DNA from: Sphyrna mokarran
Taxonomy: Eukaryota
Direction of reading: 5' to 3'
Assembly (NCBI GenBank): GCA_024679065.1
Contig: JAGIQG010000005.1
Location: forward strand, 85,560,001-85,624,000
DNA: 64,000 bases
The notes under the pieces are model-generated. The model did no database searches, was not told the DNA's origin, and saw only the letters and a list, made by a program, of their open reading frames with translations. This document shows, piece after piece, positions 51,517 through 64,000 of the stretch; the stretch's first letter is position 1, and every line of letters starts with the position of its first letter. Made by a program: the position numbers and the translations under genes.

Positions 51517-52429
51517 TTCAATTAGATAGACTAGCTAATGCTTCTGGGAGTTGGGGTGGGGGCAGAATAAAGAACACAGAACAATTTGTCATTTATAAGC
51601 CAAAGCACTCCCACAAAATGCTTATGTCTATAGAACTGACTATTCTGTGTTGAGGAAGTTTGTCTAGCATTGGACCTAGGCCATTCAGGAATGAAATCAG
51701 AAAATGTTTTTACTAAAACATAGGAAAATTTGAATTATCTTCTCAAAAAGCTGTGGACTTTGTCAATTGGAATCTTCAAATTGTAATAATGGATTTTTGT
51801 TTAGTAAAAATATTAAGAGTTTGCTATTAAAGATAGGTGAATAGATTTGAAGTACAGATCAGACATGATCTAACTGGATGACAATAGCAGGCTCGAGTAG
51901 CTAAATGACGTATTTCTGTAGCATTACTGTAGAGGGATACCTAAGCTCTATTTACTGTTGCTTTTTTCACTTACAATAGTGCAGTTAAACATTCCTTTAA
52001 CCAGCAATTTCTTCAACGCAATAATCAGTTATTGGTACTAGAATGTATTATTTTATAATTCAGTTTTTAAAATAAAATTAATGTCACTGATTATATTGTT
52101 ATTTATCTTTGGTGGGAAATGTATTCAGTGAAACAGAACTCCCTTAGGATTCTATTGTTCATTGTCGCAGCATTTATTTCTTACATTTTTGTCATTCAGT
52201 TACTCTGGGATGTAAGTCTGGTAATAAACAACAAATACTGCAGGAAAATTGATTTTCAGTTCTGTAGATGCTGGCAATTTTAGAGTATGCTGTGGCTTAT
52301 ACATGACAAATTAGGAAACTACCTTATTCTTAAGTAGAATTACTTTCATGATTAGCACTCTCCCAAATGCAAATATAATTCAAGTTGTGTGAAAAATGTA
52401 AGATGAGAATTCTCAGATTTTGACCCATT

Positions 52430-52790
52430 GACGATAAGGAAACATATATTTTTAAGGTAGAATTGTGTGATTTTGAGTGGAACGTGGGAGTTTAATGTGC
52501 CTGAAACACTTGTCCTTTTGGGTAGTTGAAGTCAAGAGTGGAGTTGCTGTCAAAGAAGCCTTGACAACTTTCCTCAATGCATCTTGTAGATGAAACACAT
52601 TGTAATCGTGTGTTGGTGGTGGACGATGGAGTGAATGTTAGTACGATCATGTAAAATGCTTTGTTCTGGTTTTGGAGTTGCACTCATCCAGGCAAGTGGA
52701 GAGTATTCTATCACAGTCGTGCTGACTTGTGCTTTGTAGATGATGTTGGTGTAAACCTGTGTGGACAGTGGTGTGTCTCTCCCTTTGTAC
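52430..52790 (-). mobile_element. Decayed LINE 3' fragment (same family as 39850-41100)
   Basis: IYKAQVSTTVIEYSPLAWMSA on - (IYKAQVRS.MEYSPLAW motif). Confidence 0.7.
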
Positions 52791-53352
52791 AATATGGGCT
52801 CTCTTCCTAATTTCTTCCTCAGTTACATTAACAACTGGTTGGCATTGTGTTTTATTTGGTCCACAGTCGTTGAGTAAGTTGTTGGCCATTCTCAGATTTT
52901 TAAAAAATATCCCCTTGAATTCAGAATCCTCCATCACATGTCTTTGTTAAAGTAGTATCCTTAAATTTCATGTGGCCTGACTTCTGACAAACATTAGAAA
53001 AACAATTTGAGTTATTCTTAAGAAATTTCAACTGACTTTTAGATTTTGCTGACCCTGTATTTAGTAGAAAACCTTCAGCAACTATAGCAGAGCAGTTCTT
53101 GTTCAATTTATTACACTGAAACACAAAATCAAGTGCTCTTCGGCTGAGGCAGATGTTTAATCTGATATGTACTTAAAGCAGCCAGAAAAAAAAACCCAGG
53201 CAGCCGCACATCAAGTAAGTGCATGATTCTGTTTTTTGCTTATTTTAAGTTCTAATAATACAAGAGAAATTCACAAGAAGTATGAACTTGTATTATATGA
53301 TATTGAAAGCCTAATTTTAATTTTAAAATGGGTCTTAAAAAATTTAGTAGAC

Positions 53353-53368
53353 TCTGCCATCTAGTGGT
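53353..53368 (-). promoter_or_regulatory. Candidate CTCF binding site
   Basis: TGCCATCTAGTGG at 53355-53367 is the reverse complement of CCACTAGATGGCA, matching the CTCF core consensus. Confidence 0.55.
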
Positions 53369-54129
53369 ACTCTGAAGAAATCGTAATGCTGCATCACATT
53401 TGATTTGAAGAACATTTTATTTTGATGCAACATACTATTGACCATGGATTTTTTTTGATAGCGTCAGTTTCTTTATAATCCAGTTGCATTTGCAACATAA
53501 GTATTTTTTATTTAAGAGTTGAAAAATTTGCAGGAAGCAGTAATCTGCTCCAGCTTTAAAGGGTCAGGCACACCAAAGAGCGAGTGAAGCCACTTAGTCA
53601 ATGTTTATTTTGAAAAGGGTGATATAATCCTAAAATATATTTCCAGTTATTTTGAATAATACCTCTATATTATCACTGCTACTGTCACCAAATATCCTTG
53701 GTTGATGGACTGCCCGTTTGACAGTAACCCATAAATTTCTCAAGTTATGGTAACATGGTGAAAATTGAAGTTTCTCAATCTGTATCACTGCCCCAATTCC
53801 ATTCTCTCTCCAGTATTCACTTGTAGCAGCTAACCACAACTGCTGTGCAGTATTAACCCTGAACTGAACTTCAACTCTTTCAATCCATAATGCATCCACA
53901 ACATCTACTGTCTCTCCCCCCCCCCCCCCACTTCCTTCTCTCCCCTCCTTCCCTTCCTCTCCTCCCCCCCCTCCCCCCACAGAAACAGCTATCTCACCTT
54001 CAATACCACTGAACTCTTGTCCATAACTGTTACTTTATACTTTACTTCACTGTCTACCTCATCACCAACCACCCCCACACCCACGGTGCACTTTATCGTT
54101 AAACTGTTCCTAATCCCTTTGTTACCCTG

Positions 54130-55270
54130 AGATTTGTAAGGATAGAATGTGTGACATTTTAGGTAATCTGAGGGAATGATGGTGGACAGAATGGAACTTG
54201 GAAGCATCATCAGATGCGAGGAGGATGATATAGAACATTGAAAGCACAGAAATGGGTGGGCAAATGAAGTTTGAAATGAAGGATGTGAAGGGATTTGTTT
54301 TGGTAGGAAGAACATGGAGAAGCAATGTAGAATAAATGGTACAACTCTATAGTGCTGCAGGAACAGAGTATACATAATTCACTGAAGGTGGAAAGACCAG
54401 TTGAAAGAGTGATCAATAAAGCATATGGTAATCTCAGCATTAATAATGGCATAGAATAAAAGTGCAAGAAGCTTTAGTTCAGCCTCAGCCAGTTCTGGAT
54501 GTTGCGTTTCAGGAAAGATTTGGAGGTATTGGAGAAAATGCAGAAAGGATTCACAGTGATTCCAGGGATGAGGAACAGCAGTTATGATGATAAATTGGAA
54601 AAGTCAGGACTGCTTTCCTCAAGAGAAGGTTAAGGGGAATTTGAAGAGCTGGTCAAGAATGAGTGGTACGATGGCAAAGTGGTTAGCATTGCTGCTTCAC
54701 AGTGGTAGGGGTCTGGCTTCAATTCTGGCCTCGGGTCATTGTCTGTGTGGAGTTTCCACATTCTCTCCAGGTCTGAGCAGGCTTCCTCTGGGTGCTTCAG
54801 TTTCTTCCCACAATCCAAAGATGTGTGGGTTATGTTATTTTACCATGCTAAATTGACTCTAGTGTCAGGATGATTGGTACAATGAATATATGGGGTAATG
54901 GGAATAAGGCTTTGGTTGGTGCAGATTCAGTGTGCCAGATGGCCTCTTCCTGCACTTTAAGGATTCTATGAATGAGGATTCTGGACAGAGTGGATAGAGA
55001 GAAACTGTTCCTACTGTTGGAAAGATCAAGAATCAGAGGGCACAGATTTAAAGTAAATGGCAAAAGAAGGAAAGGTAACATAAAGTTAAGGTTTGCACTG
55101 CGTTGGCTGGGAGTTTGGTGGAAGCGGGTTCAGTCAACGCATTCATAAGGAAATATCTGAGAGAATTTGTAGAGCTACAGAGAAAAGGTAGGGGAAATGA
55201 CACTAAGTGCTAATTGCTCATTTGGAAAGATTGCAAACATAATGGGCCAATTGGCCTCCTTTCTATGCTG
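54130..55270 (+). mobile_element. Decayed CR1 3' fragment with nested SINE (54665-54970)
   Basis: aaagcatatggta..ggcatagaataaaag..ttcaggaaagat..gcagaaaggattcac..agagggcacagatttaaagtaaatggcaaaag. SINE head ggcaaagtggttagcattgctgcttcacag. Confidence 0.75.
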
Positions 55271-56974
55271 ATCATTGTGAAATCAATGCAGAAGAATTTT
55301 TTATTTTCACAAAATTTAAACATTTCTGGCTTGGCCAGCGTTTATTGTCAATACCTAATTGTCCTTTAGCAGATGCTGGTGAATTGTCTTGAACAGTTGC
55401 AGTCCACAAGCTATTACAGGTACGCACACAGTGCTCTTAGGTTGCAAATTGGGCCCTTCACTTGCCTGATGAGAATTGAGTCAGTTATTATTAATATGCC
55501 ATTTTTCTTATAAAATGCATTGATTTCTTGGAAATAGGCATTAGACAATAGGGTTACGGAGAAGACGCAGTTGTTATACTGGTGAAGTGGGCCAATATCA
55601 ATACACTTGAGAATTTTCTCCCAAGAGATTGGCTGCTTGACTAACTATTGTGCTGTTAATCAAAATACTTCTGTCAAATACTTGAGTGTTTTTACTAAAT
55701 TTATGTGGTCTAAAAGCAGCGAGGATGAGAATACATTGATAGACAGTCGTCCTGGGTAGGGTTGTATTAACAATATTCAGAGTGGCTTAGATAATTTGTC
55801 TAAATCTTGTGCTGTATTTAGTTATACGTAAGTTAAAGCAATAACAAGTTCTGAGAAATTTAGCTTGGAATTTCCTGTGTAGAAGGGTGCTTTAACTTCA
55901 GTATAGTGTGTTCTTCTCCAAATGCCAGTTGAAGAATAAAACTGGAGTGACACTTAAGATTTTACACATTACAAGCAATCACCATCTAGCCCAACAGCTA
56001 TTAAATTCTGACATGTTCAGTCTAGGCCTATTTACAGGGATTCAGTGGAGTCATTAGCATTATATGCTAACCACCTGAATACAATAAAACACAGCATCTA
56101 CAATTAACACACAATTCTCTTGGAAAATAATTACTTATTGAAACTGGCATGTATTTTGTGCTTTGCCACTCTGTAACTTGTTCCTCAAGGCTTCTTGTTT
56201 TGCAAATGTTCTATTCTTTTTTGAGTTGAAGATTACAGGAAGTGGGATGATATGGAGAAACAGACATGGATTTGAGGCCTCAAATCCATCAGCCATGATC
56301 TTGTTAAATGGCAGAACAAAATGGCCTGGTTCTGCTAATTGTTCTATAATACTGGCAGCAGATCTGATCTTGGAATGCATGATTTGAAGGATAATCAGGA
56401 AATAGAATGTGATAGATTGATATTTCATGATAGAACAGTGTACACTAGAGTTTTTTAAATTCAGAACTTATAGCCTACTAATGGTGTACTTACTTAGATT
56501 ATTTGTCTAATTTTGATTGCACTTTAAGGTAACAGAGGAGAAAATTATTGCTGCATTGGTTAAGTGTTTCAGAAATAGTTTACTAAATGAAACTTTTATC
56601 TGCAATAAACAAAAGCCTATGTTTAATAGGGCAGTTATCTTTGGATGCAGTTTGAATTTGTTTCAACTTGCTGAAAGATTAGTCAAGAAGAAAGTGAATT
56701 CTCTTTTCTGATTTTTTTTTTTGTCCAGAGGAAGCTGGATCTTTAGTGTGGTATCTCTGCCAAATCACATCAAATATAGCAAAAAAACAAAACTGGTTAC
56801 TGTTGAACTATGATTCATGAAAATTGTTTAAAGATGTTGATTTCATTGTATTTGTTACAGTGTAAAAGAATTACATTTTTGTTTCTTGGTGATCTTTGAT
56901 ACTCTTAAGAAGTACAATATAATTTTGTAATAGTCTGAGCAGGAAAGAGAGTTCTGACACAGATTCATTTTAGA

Positions 56975-57360
56975 AATATAGAGAGTAGAAGCAGGAGTAG
57001 GCCATTCAGCCCTTTGGGTCTTCACCACCATTCATCATGATCATGGCTGATTAGCCTGATCCTGCCTTCTGCTTCTCCCTTCCCCATTTCCTTTGATCTG
57101 CTTTGTCCCAAGAGCTATATCTGACTCCTTGAAAATAAACAATGTTTTTGTCTTGACTACTTTCTGTGGTAGTGAGTGCCAGAGGCTTGCCACTTTCTGG
57201 GTGAAGAAATCTCTCTTTACCTAAATGGTCTACACTTTGACTCTCAGGTTCTGGACTCCCCTGTTAACAGACACATCCTTTCTGCATCTGCTCTGTCTCA
57301 TCCTGTTAGGAGTTTATCAGTTTCTGTGAGATTCTCTCCTCTTCTGAACTTCAGGGAATA
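56975..57360 (-). mobile_element. CR1 3' end
   Basis: tagaagcaggagtaggccattcagccc..atcatggctgat..gtgaagaaatctctc is the typical reverse CR1 tail. Confidence 0.7.
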
Positions 57361-60300
57361 TAACTGTTAGGGAGAATGAACTCAGAAGAATCGTTCCACA
57401 CTCCAGCCTGATTCACTTAACAAACACTAGTGGGGAGAAGCCACAGGGGCTGACCATGTACAACTCCATCAAACAAAGGAATTCATCAATTCATAGCTCA
57501 TCCCAGCTGGAGAGACACAGGCTACAGATTACGTACATTACATGTAGGTCTAATAAAATTCAGCTCATGAACAAATGAGAGTTTACTCATGTTTCCCAGA
57601 TTACCTTATCAACTGTCCTTGGATCTTCTCTGTGCACAGACATAGCCTTCTTTGTCTCAACCTTGTCTGTGCCTAGTAACTGTTAATAGTTACTCAGAGG
57701 CTGCTGCTTATTGGTGGCTAAAGTGGGAGGCCTGTTCAGCAAGCTGTTTTCTGTGTTTGTATTACAGAATACCCCCAGAATGTGATCAAGTCAGCTAGCT
57801 CCATGATGTTGCTTGAGCTCTATACTCCATTTTGATTAGTGTCATATATTGTTGTATGAAATAGAATTCCAACTTAATCTTTCCTCTTATGTCAGTCTCT
57901 CTCCCTGTCTCTGGACTCTTAGCTTATCCACAATGCTCTCTACCATATGGATGCTCTCTTGTTCCAGAATGCAGGCTTCCAGGAACTGCAGCTGGAGACA
58001 CCCCTTGCATACATGCTGGCTTCCCACCTTAAGAGCAGGAAGAGCTTATGTGGTATTGAACATTCCTGCCATGATATTCCCTTATGATTTAAACTTTTTG
58101 GAAAATGCTTAATATCTAATGGCATGCAACTTTTGAACAGTGGTAATCTCTGTCAGATTGCCACACTCGACAGACATGCCCTTGCAGTGATTGCACAACT
58201 CTAATCACGGCTCTAGACTTGCTCAATCTTTCGTACTCAGGCTGGGTGAGATGGGAGCAGTGCAGTGTACCCCTGCAGCATAAGAGTTAGGTCATGTCCC
58301 CATTTTAAGACTGTAGCTACAGCAGGCAAAGGAGGGGGGATGGACAAAGAATTGGACAGGGGCTGGGGAACCAAACTAACATTCTGCTCTCCAGTCTCAT
58401 CTTTCTTGCAATCCTTTTATCCTCCTGGCTTCACACTCAGTCTCAATCTTGGCCCTGCTTTCTAACTTTATCTTTCTTTGTTTATTTTATTACCCTATTT
58501 CACAACTTGATTCAATTTTACTTTCCTATTACTAGCATTCCTTACTGAAATTCAAGAAGCTACTTCTTTTATAGTTTTTTTTTAGTTTAAGCTATTGAAA
58601 CACAATCCCTAACAGCAACTTCTCACCAATCAATGAATTTACCATTTTCCTGTGACATCACGCATTAATTTCTTTTTCAAACTCTGCCCACTGTCCTAGT
58701 ACCCTTCATGGGTCTGGCTGTCTCTGTTCCTGAAAGATAAGTGAAGACCCTGAGCCTCGCTCTGTCTTCATCCTCTTTCCAATGGAGGGTGTCCCTCACA
58801 GATTTGGCTTTCATTGCTCTGAGAAGATAAGTTGCTGTATGCTAACCTGTTCTAAGATCAGACTAATGACAATGTTTACACAATATTTTTCCCATGATTT
58901 ATTTTCAGTGTACCCAGATCAAACAAAGTTCATATATTTAGTGTAAGTGTTTCAACATCTCCATGTGTACTACTTATAAAATGAATGAAGAATGCATCCA
59001 TTTTATAATTTTTGTGCCTCAAAGTTCCATTTAATATTTATTCTGAACAGTTACTTAATTGAATATCCTGCAATCATGGTCATATATAAAGATCAACTCT
59101 AGGATAGAGATTATACAAATTTGGATAAATTTGTGAATGTACACTATATGTGGAACAAACTGTCCAAACGCAAGCCTTTTTCTACTACTCTATACTTTTT
59201 TGATTTTCTTGAATGGTTAGTTATCTCCCACTTTGCAGTTTGCAAGGTCAGGTCTCATTTTGCAACAGTGTTTTCTCTCATTGGCAGCAAATCTATTTAT
59301 CTGCCATATCAGTGCAATTCCAGATCATCATTATTGTTTTATTAAAATAAAATTCAATTTCTTGAGAGACTTTTGAAGAGATACATTCTTTGAAATAGTC
59401 TTTTTATTTTGTAGTCTAAAAAATTGTAGAGCATGTTTTTTGTTGTCTTGCATACTCTTAAAGTGGTTTATTTCAGATTAACCCTTACAGCAGAAAGTGC
59501 CAGCTCAAGGCTTTTGAAATTTGCATTACATGCTATGAATCATTTCAAATGGTAGTAACTGATGTTTTCATTGTTATTTAATATTGAAGACAGAGTCAAA
59601 TAGCCATTCTGGCATTTGAAGAATAACCTGAGTACAGTTAGTGATTATTCTGCTTGCTTCCAAGAAAACTTATTCTTAAAGCATATTCATGTTTTCATCA
59701 CTTAATGTTAAGAGTATCACATTAACGTTTTAAAAATTTTGTATACTCACATCTTTAGTGTTTGGCTATCTCATTCACATTGCACCTAATTTTGATTTTT
59801 TTGATGAATGAATACAGCAATAATTACACTAAATGAAAAGAGACCTAAAAGTTCTGTCTCCACGTGGAATTGAAATCTTGTTTTGAGAATGTAATTGTGA
59901 AAACTATTTGAATGATGCTCATATAATTTCAAATTCCCCAATTAAAATTTGTCTTGTAAAGTGGCATTATGCATTGGCAGATCTATTATATCTTATCCAT
60001 TGTCTCTCAAAACATTTTAACTTAACTAATAAAAAATAATGTTCTAATTAGTTCAATAATGTAATGAATAGAGAATGCTATCTGCTAGCATTGGATACCA
60101 AAAGTGGGAAAATGTTACTTTTAATGAAATAGCATCCTCCAATATATTGTGGGTTTTTTTTTCAAACTAGTACAATCATAACAAATACATGCAGAAATAA
60201 GTTTGGTACTAGATTATGCTTTTTATTTTCAGATATGGACATAACTTTCTAAAGATGACTTTCTACGACCTCTCTAGTGATGTCATTTGCTTCACTGCAT

Positions 60301-61414
60301 CTTGTTTTGAATCATGCTCAAAATTGGTTAAACATACGTGAAGACGTGAATTAAGTGGAACAAGCAACCATTTCAAAGTAGTATATCTTTGAAGGATATC
60401 ACAAATGCAAAAGTTATATTTAATATAGTAATTATAAGATATTAAAAGTTTAAACAATCTGTACATGTCAATGAAGACTAAGAATCTGTCACTAGTTTGA
60501 CCAGGATGTGAAACTAATTTTTTTTTTGTTGAAACTGCTTGAATTGCAGATTGATTTTGTTAAAGTTCACTTGTTTGAAATTTATTTCCTAAATCTTGTA
60601 AGGATGTTTCTCTAAGAACATTGATGTCCTTATTCAAATAGTTGAGTGCAAGATAACCTTTCAAATTTCATTAAAAATGTTTGGTAATAAACCAAGTTAT
60701 TACATTTTGAAAAATGGTTACTTGTAGAATGTTGTAAACAATGCTTTTTATATTTATTTTGTTTAAATAAAACTTTGTATTTTCTGTTGTATTGTAAAGT
60801 CATGGCCACGTAGTTGTGTTGTTTGAAAATAGAGTAGAGGATACCTATTGGGAACTGGAGGTGAAATACAGATTGGAGAATGTATGAATAACTAAACTGA
60901 AGCCATATTCTTAGAAATCAGCATAACCAGAAATTTTTGTCTTCTGTCAAAATCATTAAACATATCTGCAAATGAAACACCATAGCCCTATGATGCTTCT
61001 TGAACTTTTATATTCTGATTAATATATTTTGCGAGTATAAAATAGAATATATTGCAATATGTATAATTTTTGTGTGCAAGTACTCTTGCATTGAGCCCAC
61101 CTCAATGATTCCACCTCAACAATTTTCCCCCCCCCCCGCCCGCCCGCCAGCGCGAATGGATGAGCCTTAGTCCCATTAATTGATCATTGATGCCTCTTTT
61201 GGTCAATTGCCTGGTCTTTGAACATTAGAATTCACAATTAGAAACAAATTTCTAATTTGTTTCTTGAGTGCTAATCATTTATTGATATCATTACTCATAG
61301 TCCCCCACTCTGGCCTTCTGTGGTATCAAAGATGCCCCCACTTTTATGTTTGCTTTTGCTATTTCTTTTTAAGATTAAAGAATGGTTTGGTATCTCCCTT
61401 GCCCATTTGTGCAG

Positions 61415-62880
61415 GGCAATATGGTGTTGCCTTGTGGATCCAGAACTGGCTTGCCTGCAGAAGGCAGAGAGTGGTTGTAGATGGGTCTTTTTCTGCATGG
61501 AGGTCAGTCACCAGTGAAGTGCCCCAGGGATCTGTTCTGGAACCCTTGCTGTTTGTAATTTTCATAAATGAATGGATGAGGAAGTGGAGGGATGGGTTGG
61601 TAAGTTTGCTGACGACACAAAGGTTATGGTGTTGTAGATAGTTTGAAGTGATGTCAGAGAGGTTGCAGCTTGACATAGAAAGGATTCAAGGCTGGGCGAA
61701 GAAGTGGCAGATGGACCTCAACCTGCATAAATGTTAGTGGTCCATTTTGGGATGAAGGAGTATAATATCAAGGGTAAGACTATTAGCAGTGTAGAGGATC
61801 AGAAAGACCTTCGGGTACTGGGTCCATAGGACTCTCAAATTGGCCTCGCAGGTAGAGGATGTGGTTAAGAAAGCATATGGTGTATTGTCCTTCATCAATT
61901 GAGGGACTGAGTTTAGGAGTCAGGAGATAATGTTGCAGCTTTATAAGACCCTAGTCAGACCTCTCTTGGAATACTGTGCTCAGTCCTGGTCACCACATTA
62001 CAGGAAGCATGTGGAAGCTATTGAAAGAGTGCAGAGGAGATTTACAAGGATGTTGCCTGGATTGGGTGGCATGCCTTATGAAAATAGGTTGAGGGAACTC
62101 AGTCTTTTCTCCTTAGAGACAAAGGATGAGAGGTGATCTGATTAGGAGTGTTTAAGATGTTGAGAGGTGTAGACCAGGTGGATTCTCAGACTTTTTCCAA
62201 GAGCTGGAATGGTTGCTATGAGAGGACACAGGTTTAAGATACTTAAGAACATAAGAAATAGGAGCAGGAGTAGGCCATCTAGCCCTTCAAACCTATCCCG
62301 CCATTCAATAAGATCATGGCTGATCTGAAGTGAATCAGTTCCACTTTCCCACTTTCTCCCCATAAACCTTAATTCCCTTGTCTATTAGAAATCTATCTAC
62401 CCATGACTTAAATACATTCAATGAGGTAGCCTCCACCATCAATGGGCAGAGAATTGCAGAGATTCACCACCTTTTTAAGTGAAGAAGTTCCTCCTCAACT
62501 CCGTTCTAAACTGCTTCTACTCCTCCTCCCCCCCTCCCCCTCCCCAGCCTTATTTTGAGGCTGTGCTCTCTAATTCAGCTATCCTTTCTAAGCGGGAAGA
62601 ATCTCTCTACCTCTGCCCTATCTAGCCTCAAATGTGCTGGGGAGTAGGTACAGTGGAGATATCAGGGTAAGCTTTTCACTCAAAAGGTGGTGGATGAGTG
62701 GATTTGGTGGCTGGTGGTGGTGGAGGCAAATTCGATAGGGTCTTTCAAGAGACTTTTGAATGAGTACATGGGACTTTATAGAATTGAGGGTTATAGGTAA
62801 GCCTAGTAGGTATGGATATCATTGGTGCAACTTGTGGGCCAAATTGCTTGTTTGTACTGTAGTTTTTCTATGTTCTATAG
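61415..62880 (+). mobile_element. CR1 LINE RT and 3' end, with an opposite-strand CR1 tail nested at ~62245-62630
   Basis: WIQNWLACRRQRVVVDGSFSAWRSVTSEVPQGSVLEPLLFVIFIN, KFADDTK and LYKTLVRPLLEYCAQSWSPHYRK; tail tatgttctat. Confidence 0.9.
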
Positions 62881-63019
62881 TGCTCATGTTTTGGACAAGT
62901 TATTTGAAAGTTTCAAAGACTCCTCCCTTGTTATATGGAATGAGTTACTTGTCTTATAACCTTTAAAATACATCTCAAGTGCTTGAAAGTGATTTATTTG
63001 TTTAGTATAACACGCACAT

Positions 63020-64000
63020 TCAAAGAACAAAACAGCACAGGAACAGACTCTTTGGTCAACCTGTGCTGATTCTTAATCCTTATTTAGTCCCACTACTTAC
63101 TGCCATATGTCGTTATTATTTTTCTGGTCGCCTCCCATTCATGTGACTAGCAAGATACGCCTTGAACTTTGCTAATGTGAACTGCTCTCACCACATTCTC
63201 TAGTAATGTGTTCCATGCACCCACCAACCTCTGAAAATCTTTCTCTGCATGTCGTGCCTAAACTACAACTGCACCCCCCCCTTCCTCCCCATCTTGAACC
63301 TGTGCCCTCTTAGTTGCTCCTTCCACCCTGGAAAAAAGCCTCTGACTATCCATCCTATCTCATGCCCCTCATTTTTGTAGACCTCTTATCAGGTTGCCTT
63401 TTCAGTGAAAGCAATCGGAGTTTCTCCAACCTTTCCTCACACCTAAAACCCTCCAGACTAGGCAACATCCTGGTAAACCTTCTTTTGCACCCTCTCCAAA
63501 GCATCCACATCCTTTTGGTAGCATAGCCACGACAACTGCACACAATATTCCAAATGTAGCCTAACCAAAAATCAGGACAGCTATAACAACTTAACAATTT
63601 TTGAAGTCAGTGCCTCAGCCAATGAAGACAAGCATACTGTAAGTCACCTTGACCACCTTTATTCATGTGTGATGCCACTTTCAGGGATCTGTGGACCTGT
63701 ATGTCTAGTTTGCTCTGTATGTCAATGTTTCTTAAAAGATTCTGCCATTTATTGTATAATTCACACCAGGATTTGATCTTCCAAAATGCATTACCTTGAA
63801 TTTGTCCTGATTAAACTCCAACTGCTGTTTCTCTGCCCAAGTCTATCTATTTCCTATGCAATCTATATATTTCCTGCTCAATCCTCGGCATTATCTGCAA
63901 CTCCACCAATTTTTTTTGTCATCTGCAAACTTACTAATCAAACCATCTACATTTTTCTCCAGATTGTTTGTTTATACTACAACCAACTAAGGTGCCAGCA
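63020..64000 (-). mobile_element. CR1 LINE 3' fragment
   Basis: RRFTRMLPSLEGFRCEERLEKLRLLSL on -, and KFADDKK near 63930-63910. Confidence 0.85.

Noticed and set aside
53630-53980. 116-aa ORF starting with a poly-Gly/Glu tract
   Set aside because: Translation of a C-rich low-complexity tract with no domain signal.
57364-58615. 10-bp inverted repeat ctgttaggga / tccctaacag as possible transposon TIRs
   Set aside because: Too short, with no TSD or transposase remnant. The interior looks more like decayed retroelement 5' sequence.
1-64000. CRISPR array or prokaryotic defence/operon system
   Set aside because: The DNA is eukaryotic and repeat-rich, with no short repeat-spacer periodicity and no operon-like ORF density.

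Overview
Vertebrate genomic DNA, most likely from a cartilaginous fish, judged from shark-type tRNA-SINEs, CR1 and Tx1 LINEs and Penelope-like short repeats. The only credible protein-coding gene is tdrd15, a 2040-aa multi-Tudor germline protein encoded by one giant exon (42112-48234, +). It has a probable non-coding first exon in a CpG island ending at 36839 and possible small 3' exons. The 38 kb upstream has three parts. (i) 1-17900 is a tandem array of about 8 diverged 1.8-2.6 kb units built from ancient L2/CR1-group LINE ORF2 remnants. (ii) 18000-23000 holds scrambled Gypsy fragments in mixed orientation. (iii) 21200-38100 is a tandem segmental duplication with four copies of a ~330-bp promoter-like module (RFX half-site, CCAAT, NRF1-like and MYB-like motifs). 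Each copy keeps a minus-strand GT splice donor at the same position, and two copies are followed by a plus-strand first exon. Main hypothesis (inference, untested): a multiplied bidirectional germline promoter drives tdrd15 rightward and a piRNA-cluster-like, TE-fragment lncRNA leftward. Downstream of the CDS, a Tx1-type L1 carries a ~245-bp near-perfect inverted copy of its flanking DNA. The rest is ordinary repeat-rich intronic or intergenic DNA. All alignments were made by eye.
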